Shown here piece by piece: positions 57,303 through 64,000 of a DNA stretch of 64,000 bases. A model generated the notes under the pieces. That model worked only from the letters and a program-made list of their open reading frames with translations. It ran no database searches and was not told the DNA's origin. This DNA comes from an uncultured bacterium (GTDB lineage Bacteria > Patescibacteriota > Minisyncoccia > UBA6257 > GWB1-50-10), in contig CAVRNT010000002.1 of NCBI GenBank assembly GCA_963722655.1, positions 7,461 through 71,460 of the forward strand, given 5' to 3'. The first letter of the stretch is position 1. Each line of letters starts with the position of its first letter. Made by a program: the position numbers and the translations under genes.

Positions 57303-58888
57303 CCGCGCTCTTCGGTATTATCTTCGGCCTTTTAGGTCTCAATTTGTTCCGCCTCCAGATAGAGAACGGGGGCTACTACTTCGCCCGCGCCGAGGCGCGG
57401 AATCAAGCCCTCGCCCAGTCCAATCTCACGCGGGGGCAGATCTTTTTCACGGACCGGAGCGGCAACAAGATCACGGTCGCGATGGACCAACCCTACCCCG
57501 TAATCTACGCCGTCCCGCAGGAGATCGCGGACCCGTCCTCGACCGCCGCCGCTCTCGCGCCGGCGATCGGCTGGGACCCCGGAGCCCTCGCCAAAGCCCT
57601 GGACAATCCGAAAAGTTTGTTCCGGATGCTCATCGAAAAGGCGACGCCCACCGAGACCGACGCCGTCACGGCCCTCAACTTGAGCGGCATCTATACCGAC
57701 GAGAAGGACTACCGTTACTATCCTTTCGGGACGCTCGCCGCGCAGGTCGTCGGCTTCGTGGGACTCAACAGTTCGACTTCGCAGCCGGCGGGCCTCTATG
57801 GTCTCGAGAACCAGTACAACGCTGAGCTCGCGGCGGGCACCGACCTCCAGACCACCATCGACCGGACGCTCCAAGCCCAGTCGGAGGAGATCTTGCAGAA
57901 CCTCATGACCGCCCGGAAAGCTGAGGGAGGCACCATCATCATCGAGGACCCGAAAACTGGCGCCATCCTCACCTTCGCCAATTCACCGACCTTCGACCCG
58001 AACGCCTACGCGAGCTCGTCCGTCTCCACTTTCATCGATCCGGGCACGGAATATTTTTACGAACCTGGCTCCGTCTTTAAAGCCATCACGATGGCGATCG
58101 GCATCGATGACGACATCTTCACCTCGAGCACGACCTACACCGACCCCGGCTACGTCGTGTTGAACGGGAAGAAGATCACGAATTACGACCACAAGGCCTA
58201 CGGCCCCGGCACGACGATGACTGGGGTCATTATGCATTCCATCAATACCGGCGCCGTCTGGGCCGAGCAGCAGATCGGGAGCAAGCTTTTCTCCCAAGGT
58301 GTCTTCAATTTCGGTTTCGGCTCCCCGACTGGCATCGACCTGCCGAACGAGATCGGCGGACGGACCGTGAACCTAACGAACAAGAACGCTGAGCCGGTGG
58401 ACTTCGCGACCGTCGGCTTCGGCCAGGGGATTGGCGTAACCCCCATCCAGATGGTGAACGCCTACGCGGCCCTGGCGAACGGTGGCCTTCTGATGCGGCC
58501 CTACGTCAACGCGGCTCTCGGGCCCGAGGTCGTGCGGCGGGTTATAAGCCCGGCCACGGCCAAGGAGGTCACCTTGATGATACAGATCGCGGCGGAAAAC
58601 GGCGGGGTCGCGAACATCCCGTCCTTCCACGTGGCGGGGAAGACCGGCACGGCCCAAATTCCGGATTTGGTCCACGGCGGCTACACCCAAAACTACATCC
58701 ACACCTTCGTCGGCATGGTGCCGGCGACCGACCCACGCCTCGTCATTCTTCTCAAGTTGGACAATCCCGACGTGGGCGACCTCGCGGCCCTGACCGTCGT
58801 TCCGGCCTTCCGCCAACTGGCCTCCTTCGCTATGAACTACCTGAACGTCACCCCGGATAATCCGAACAACATCGTCACTAAACCATGA
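57278..58888 (+). CDS. ftsI: Class B penicillin-binding protein (FtsI/PBP3-like)
   Basis: RG.I..DR, YEPGSVFK, SIN, KTGTAQ; dcw context. Confidence 0.9.
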   Translation: MGFRFIFLTALFGIIFGLLGLNLFRLQIENGGYYFARAEARNQALAQSNLTRGQIFFTDRSGNKITVAMDQPYPVIYAVPQEIADPSSTAAALAPAIGWDPGALAKALDNPKSLFRMLIEKATPTETDAVTALNLSGIYTDEKDYRYYPFGTLAAQVVGFVGLNSSTSQPAGLYGLENQYNAELAAGTDLQTTIDRTLQAQSEEILQNLMTARKAEGGTIIIEDPKTGAILTFANSPTFDPNAYASSSVSTFIDPGTEYFYEPGSVFKAITMAIGIDDDIFTSSTTYTDPGYVVLNGKKITNYDHKAYGPGTTMTGVIMHSINTGAVWAEQQIGSKLFSQGVFNFGFGSPTGIDLPNEIGGRTVNLTNKNAEPVDFATVGFGQGIGVTPIQMVNAYAALANGGLLMRPYVNAALGPEVVRRVISPATAKEVTLMIQIAAENGGVANIPSFHVAGKTGTAQIPDLVHGGYTQNYIHTFVGMVPATDPRLVILLKLDNPDVGDLAALTVVPAFRQLASFAMNYLNVTPDNPNNIVTKP

Positions 58889-60192
58889 TGAAAACCATCG
58901 TTTTAAAAATAATTGCCTGGAAACTTAAGCTCATCGCGCGCCTCACCGTCCTCAAGTACCGACCGGCGATCGTGGGCGTGACCGGGAACGTCGGCAAGAC
59001 CTCGGCCAAGCTCGCGATCGCAGCCGTGCTTTCCGCCGACCGGAAAACCCGGGTCTCGGCCAAGAATTTCAACAACGAGCTGGGTCTGCCTTTGAACATC
59101 ATCGGCGATTTCAAATCGAGCGAGGGTCTCGGCGTCTGGTTGCGGGCGCTCGCCTTGGGCGTGAAAAACCTAGTTCTCACGACGGACTACCCCGAGGTCC
59201 TCGTCCTCGAATACGGCGTGGACCGGCCGGGGGATATGACCTATCTCTTGGGCATTGCAAGGCCCCAGATCGGGGCGGTGACAGCGATCGGCCGAATTCC
59301 GGTCCACGTGGAGTTCTTCCAAGGGCCGGAGGGCATCGCCAAGGAAAAGTCCAAGCTGGTCAGTTTCCTCCCCGCGACCGGTTTCGCGCTCCTCAACGCC
59401 GACGACGAGACCGTTTTAAAAATGAAGGAGCAAACTCGGGCCCACGTCGTGACCTTCGGCTTCGATCCGAAGGCAGATATGCGCATCACGAACTTCCAGA
59501 ACCGGTTCGACCCGGAAACGGGTGAGGCCGGGATTTCCTTCAAACTCAAATACGGCGGGAGTATGGTGCCCATACGCATCCCCGGCGTTTTCGGCCGGAC
59601 CACCGCTTACGCCTCGGCTGTGGGCGCCGCGACCGGCCTCGTCTTCGGAATGAACCTATTGAAGATCTCCGAGGCGCTTTCGAACTATCGCGGCCCGGCC
59701 GGCCGTTTGCGGGCAGTGCCTGCCATTCGAGGCGGGATGATCGTCGACGACACATACAATTCTTCGCCCCACGCGGCGCGCGAGGCCCTGGAGACATTAG
59801 GGATGCTCAAAGCCAAACGGAAGATCGCCGTTCTGGGGGATATGCTGGAACTCGGCAAATACACGATGGAGGCCCACAAAGAGATCGGGAAATTGGCCGC
59901 GAAGACCGCCGATCTGCTCGTGACCGTGGGGGCCAGGGCGAAGTTCATCGCCGAGGCGGCCGAGGGGGCCAAGATGCCGAGGAAGGATATTGCGGCCTTC
60001 GAATCCGTTTCCGAAGCGGGGATTTGGCTCGCTGAGCGGGTGAAGAAAGGTGATTTGGTCCTCGTGAAGGGCTCGCAGGGAGTGCGGATGGAGAAAATCG
60101 TCAAGGAATTGATGGCCGAACCCTTGAAGGCTAAAGAGACGCTGGTCCGCCAATCGCCCGTCTGGCTTGCGAAATCGGGACTCTACGAGTAA
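58885..60192 (+). CDS. murF: UDP-MurNAc-tripeptide:D-Ala-D-Ala ligase
   Basis: GVTG.VGKTS.K, NNELGLPL, DDTYNSSP, LGDMLELG, LVKGS. Confidence 0.95.
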   Translation: MMKTIVLKIIAWKLKLIARLTVLKYRPAIVGVTGNVGKTSAKLAIAAVLSADRKTRVSAKNFNNELGLPLNIIGDFKSSEGLGVWLRALALGVKNLVLTTDYPEVLVLEYGVDRPGDMTYLLGIARPQIGAVTAIGRIPVHVEFFQGPEGIAKEKSKLVSFLPATGFALLNADDETVLKMKEQTRAHVVTFGFDPKADMRITNFQNRFDPETGEAGISFKLKYGGSMVPIRIPGVFGRTTAYASAVGAATGLVFGMNLLKISEALSNYRGPAGRLRAVPAIRGGMIVDDTYNSSPHAAREALETLGMLKAKRKIAVLGDMLELGKYTMEAHKEIGKLAAKTADLLVTVGARAKFIAEAAEGAKMPRKDIAAFESVSEAGIWLAERVKKGDLVLVKGSQGVRMEKIVKELMAEPLKAKETLVRQSPVWLAKSGLYE

Positions 60193-60207
60193 ATTGGAAA
60201 CGTGAAT

Positions 60208-60282
60208 GGCCCTATCGTCTAGTGGCTAGGACGGCGCCCTCTCACGGCGCAAACAGGGGTTCGACTCCCCTTGGGGCTACCA
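60208..60282 (+). tRNA. tRNA-Glu(CTC), integration site
   Basis: GCGCC-CTCTCAC-GGCGC, GTTCGACTCC, CCA; two G-U pairs in the acceptor stem. Confidence 0.95.
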
Positions 60283-61759
60283 AATTAGATTTTTTACCGT
60301 CGTAAGTCTGGTTAAGCTCATAAATCTTAGCCAATTTACTGTTTCCAAATCTCTTGCCGTCAAAGTATATTTTTTCGGGAAATACGTTCTTTTGGAAACG
60401 CATTTTAAAGTCATAGCGGAGCCGCTTCCATGTTGCTGCGCTATTACGAACGAACTCGAAGCAGTATGCTAGTGCCTCGTCCATATTGAATTCATCAATG
60501 CGGTTTTCGTTCCCAAGCCGGGATTTCTCGCGGATCTTATTATTGATGATATTCTTCTGCTCAAGAAACTCATCATCGTTATAAACGCCGGACCTATGAA
60601 GATTGAAGATTTCCTGTCGTTCATTTTCCAGTTTTTCAATTTCCCGCCGAAGTTGGCCGTTAGCCGCGTCGAACTTCTTAAAATTTGATTGCCAAACATC
60701 AATCATGATTTCCCTGAACCACTTCTCGTACCTGACATTCGGTGTGATGGAATGCAAGTACTCAATAAACAACTCCTCAAATGTTGACTTGGGTATGAAC
60801 GAAGCGTTTCTGCATTCTTGCTTGTGGTGATGATAATATGGATATCGTTTGCCGTTTCTACCTCGTGAATTACTCCCAGTGATCTGGCATAAGCAATCCG
60901 AGCAGAAAGATCTCCGCAATGGGAAATCCTCATTAACGACCTGCCGTCTGAAGGATCGGTTGTTGCTCTCACGCCTCGCTTGGCACCTGGCAAAAAGTTC
61001 CTTCGAGACAATAGGCTCGAAGTTGCCCTCCACACGAAAGCCCCAAACATCTATGATGCCGGCGTATATTTCATTCTTAGTAATCTTCTCAATGAGCTGC
61101 GGGAAGGGTCTTTTTCCGTGCCTTGTTCTAAGACCTCGTTCCGCCACGAAATCAGACAAAGACTCATAGCTATACGTCCCCTTAGCCCACTCATCAAAGA
61201 TAAGCCGAATATATGCTGCTTTTTCAGGATCGGGAACGATGTTGGAGCCATGGTGCGGGCGATAATAGCCAAGGGGCGACTGCCAAACCCAGATCCCTTG
61301 TTTGATGCGCTCTATCATCCCACTTTTGGTTCTTTCAGTTCTCATATTATTATCAAGTTCAGCGAACACAGAAATCATTCCTTCCATCGCCCTGCCTATC
61401 GAGGTCTCATTAATCGGTTCGGTGACAGACCGCAACTCAGTGTTGTAACGTCTCAACATTCCTCGCACGGAGACATGATCGTCCTGGTTCCTTGAAAAAC
61501 GATCGAGCTTGTAAACAATAAAGAAATTTACAGGCCGCTTTTTATTCGAACAGAGGCTAATTGCCTTTAGGAATTCGGGGCGATCCGCTGTCTTCGCTGA
61601 CTCGCCCTTGTCAATGAACGCAGCTAATACTTCGATATTGTTTCTTGACGCCCATTCACGACAAAGGCGTTCTTGCATTTCTAAGCTCGTACCTTCAACC
61701 TGCTCCTTCGAAGATACGCGGCAATAAATCACTCCTGTTCTATTCCCCTCGATTTGCAT
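60242..61759 (-). CDS. Large serine recombinase
   Basis: YCRVSS.EQ, D.G.SAK..DRP, YKLDRFSR, PLGY, Y.G, zinc-ribbon region, coiled coil. Confidence 0.95.
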   Translation of the reverse strand: MQIEGNRTGVIYCRVSSKEQVEGTSLEMQERLCREWASRNNIEVLAAFIDKGESAKTADRPEFLKAISLCSNKKRPVNFFIVYKLDRFSRNQDDHVSVRGMLRRYNTELRSVTEPINETSIGRAMEGMISVFAELDNNMRTERTKSGMIERIKQGIWVWQSPLGYYRPHHGSNIVPDPEKAAYIRLIFDEWAKGTYSYESLSDFVAERGLRTRHGKRPFPQLIEKITKNEIYAGIIDVWGFRVEGNFEPIVSKELFARCQARRESNNRSFRRQVVNEDFPLRRSFCSDCLCQITGSNSRGRNGKRYPYYHHHKQECRNASFIPKSTFEELFIEYLHSITPNVRYEKWFREIMIDVWQSNFKKFDAANGQLRREIEKLENERQEIFNLHRSGVYNDDEFLEQKNIINNKIREKSRLGNENRIDEFNMDEALAYCFEFVRNSAATWKRLRYDFKMRFQKNVFPEKIYFDGKRFGNSKLAKIYELNQTYDGKKSNLVAPRGVEPLFAP

Positions 61760-61941
61760 AACTTAATTCTATTAGCTTCCCGCAATCTTTGTAAGACCCC
61801 AACGGGATATTTGGAAACAGCTCCATTTTCAAGCCAGTCATCAAAAATCAGCTGGCCTAGGTCATAAAGAGCGTTGCGAATTTCAATAATCTCATCATCA
61901 GACAGATGAATTTCCGCATCTTGTTTCATGTTCCTTCTCAT
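61729..61941 (-). CDS. Small protein overlapping the recombinase start (possible accessory factor)
   Basis: Helical LSDDEIIEIRNALYDLGQLIFD; co-oriented overlap. Confidence 0.55.
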   Translation of the reverse strand: MRRNMKQDAEIHLSDDEIIEIRNALYDLGQLIFDDWLENGAVSKYPVGVLQRLREANRIKLCKSRGIEQE

Positions 61942-62081
61942 CCACGATAGGGGAACATGGGGGAAATCTTAAGGTGGGACTTATTGCTAGAAGGAGGACA
62001 TTGTCCAGTCGTACCGGTGAATTACCCCGTTGGGAATACCATTGAAATGTAAAGAATAGTAAACTATACTAACATGGCAGA

Positions 62082-62612
62082 ATGGATACAGCAACCATCA
62101 GAAAATATGTCCGGCTTTACGACGCAGAAAGATGCCTTTTTGAAGAAGTCGGCCCACAAGCCAGTCGAAGAGGATATTTGACGTTCAGAGAATTTTACGC
62201 GATATGTATTTGGAAATCGGCAAGGCAAAAGCAAAATTATCTTCAGAACGAGGGTAAGAAGTGTGTAGAGGATATAACGAAGAAAGCGTTTTCCACCGAA
62301 GACGAAAAGGAAAAAATCAAACTCCTTTGCAAGTTGAGAGGCGTTAAAATTCGGACTGCATCTGCTTTGCTCACAGTTGTGTTTCCAAACAAATATGCTG
62401 TCCTGGATATCAGGTGCCTAGAGATGTTGGAAGAGCAGTTTCGCTCCGGGATCTCAAAATCTGTTTCCCTGAAAACATGGCTGGAATACCTTTCGAAGAT
62501 GAGGAGCCTTGCAAGCGGCTACGGGATCACTCCAAGACAATTGGATATGGCGCTATTTGCAATGCACAAGGAAAAATTGGAGAATATGAACCATAGGAAC
62601 TTATATCAATGA
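62082..62612 (+). CDS. Helix-hairpin-helix DNA-glycosylase-like protein
   Basis: I..WK, L.KL.GV...TASALL....P.KY...D.R, R.LD.ALF. Confidence 0.7.
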   Translation: MDTATIRKYVRLYDAERCLFEEVGPQASRRGYLTFREFYAICIWKSARQKQNYLQNEGKKCVEDITKKAFSTEDEKEKIKLLCKLRGVKIRTASALLTVVFPNKYAVLDIRCLEMLEEQFRSGISKSVSLKTWLEYLSKMRSLASGYGITPRQLDMALFAMHKEKLENMNHRNLYQ

Positions 62613-62794
62613 AGACTGTGGAAAGCAAAGAGTTTTATACAGCGCAGGAACTCGCCGACAAGTTGGCAGTGAACATAATGACGATCTATAGATATATCAA
62701 AGCAAGGCGGCTCAAGGCGTACAAAATAGGCAAGGAGTTCAGGATTGATAAGAACGAATTCGGAAGATTCTTAAAGAGATCTGAAACAAAATGA
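62609..62794 (+). CDS. Excisionase-family HTH protein
   Basis: YT.QELA..L.V...TIYR.IK...L.A.KIG..FRI. Confidence 0.9.
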   Translation: MKTVESKEFYTAQELADKLAVNIMTIYRYIKARRLKAYKIGKEFRIDKNEFGRFLKRSETK

Positions 62795-64000
62795 GCAATC
62801 TAAATAAACACGACATTGAGTTTTTAATTGATTGCCTTAAAAACGGAAAAGAAATTCCGGAGGTTTATAAGTACGCAATTTTCCCGACTAAGCAAATGGA
62901 ATACGAGCTTGTCTACGCGGGCAAAATGCGGAAGGAAGATGTGCTTGCCGATACAGAAGAAGCCAAGCCTGTACCGCTCCAAATCGAAAAAGTCTTTAAT
63001 GGGAAAACGTACCCGCTCTTTTCCAGAGATTGGCGCAACCTTCTGGTTTTTGGGGACAATCTGCAAATTCTGAAGACATTCTATGAAGACAAAGATCCCC
63101 TCATAAGAGGAAAAGTAAAGGGGAAAGTGAAACTTATTTACATAGATCCGCCTTTCGGTACAGGCGACGAGTATGAAGGATCTGGCAATTCGGGTGCCTA
63201 TAGCGCGAAAAGAAAAGGGGCAGATTTTGTAGAGTTCTTGCGCAGACGATTGATACTTTTGAGAGAGATGCTCGATCCGCTAGGATTCATACTGGTTAGA
63301 CTGGATTATCACTTTGGCCATTACACAAAAGCCGTCTTAGATGAAATATTTGAAAGAAGTAATTTTCGTAATGAGTTCATTGTCAATCGAGTCAAGAAAA
63401 ATGTCACTGAAAAAGGAAGAAGAACGATTCCGAATGCGGTAGATAGTATTTTTGCTTATTCTGCGACGGAAAGTGCTGAGTATAAATACATACTTAGGCA
63501 ACTAAAAGAGAGGCGAGAAGGATATTGGCACAATATGGAATCAGCGGGCTATTCGGGACCACGGCAAGTCGTTATTACTGGGAAGACGTATTATCCGACC
63601 AAGAACTCCCATTTTAAATTCACTCAAAAACAAGCAGATGAAATGATAGCTGCCGGGAGAATAAGAGTGAACCCACGAAGCAACAAACCAGAATATTGGG
63701 TAGAAGCAAAAGATTTTGAGACATTAGACAGTAATTGGTCTGATATACCAGGGTACACTTTCACGACAGGTTATCCCACTGAAAATTCCGAAGATCTACT
63801 AACTAGAGTAATAAAACTGACGACGGATGATGGCGATTTAGTCATGGACGTTTTCGCTGGAAGCGGGACTTCTCTTGCGGTTTCAGAAAAGCTCGGACGC
63901 CGCTGGGTTGGTTGCGATATTGGCAAGTTATCCATTTACACAATTCAAAAGCGACTGCTTGGAATCGATGAAAGTAAGGATTTAGGGAATCCAAAGAGGA
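62791..64000 (+). CDS. Beta-class N6A/N4C DNA methyltransferase (type III Mod-like), 3' end off the window
   Basis: Hand translation from ATG 62791: FGDNLQ, LIYIDPPF, YPTE, DVFAGSGT. Confidence 0.9.
   Translation, partial: MSNLNKHDIEFLIDCLKNGKEIPEVYKYAIFPTKQMEYELVYAGKMRKEDVLADTEEAKPVPLQIEKVFNGKTYPLFSRDWRNLLVFGDNLQILKTFYEDKDPLIRGKVKGKVKLIYIDPPFGTGDEYEGSGNSGAYSAKRKGADFVEFLRRRLILLREMLDPLGFILVRLDYHFGHYTKAVLDEIFERSNFRNEFIVNRVKKNVTEKGRRTIPNAVDSIFAYSATESAEYKYILRQLKERREGYWHNMESAGYSGPRQVVITGKTYYPTKNSHFKFTQKQADEMIAAGRIRVNPRSNKPEYWVEAKDFETLDSNWSDIPGYTFTTGYPTENSEDLLTRVIKLTTDDGDLVMDVFAGSGTSLAVSEKLGRRWVGCDIGKLSIYTIQKRLLGIDESKDLGNPKR

Larger units (their letters stand above)
60242..64000. mobile_element. 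Left part of an integrative element in tRNA-Glu (runs off the window)
   Basis: Recombinase overlapping the tRNA, excisionase-like HTH, methyltransferase cargo, abrupt shift to AT-richer DNA. Confidence 0.85.

Noticed and set aside
1-64000. Alternative genetic code (UGA=Gly as in Gracilibacteria/Absconditabacteria)
   Set aside because: TGA terminates conserved genes at the expected ends (rplW, rplX, mraZ) and core genes are uninterrupted under code 11

Overview
Core-chromosome segment of a Patescibacteria (CPR), most likely Parcubacteria. The call is inferred from the missing L30 between rpsE and rplO, the compact and largely Shine-Dalgarno-less genes, and the Gmad2/pilin-type orphans. Housekeeping content: dnaG-rpoD, the str/S10/spc ribosomal clusters through secY-adk-map, topA, gyrB, rplJL, truB, the start of the dcw cluster (mraZ-rsmH-ftsL-ftsI-murF) and six tRNAs. 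Accessory content: (i) a dockerin + T9SS-CTD-type protein; (ii) a ~17 kb co-oriented cell-surface cluster after tRNA-Leu, containing a fibre, glycosylation enzymes, two paralogous pilin/WxL-like subunits, a chaperone-like protein and cohesin/dockerin proteins; (iii) sodN-sodX; (iv) two integrase-less cassettes stacked at the 3' end of tRNA-Val, with homologous left ends and 134-bp right ends that conserve a start-less peptide; (v) the left end of a large-serine-recombinase element in tRNA-Glu carrying a DNA methyltransferase. The best candidates for undescribed systems are the tRNA-Val cassette array and the usher-less pilus/cohesin-dockerin cluster. All family calls come from motif recognition by eye; no searches were run.
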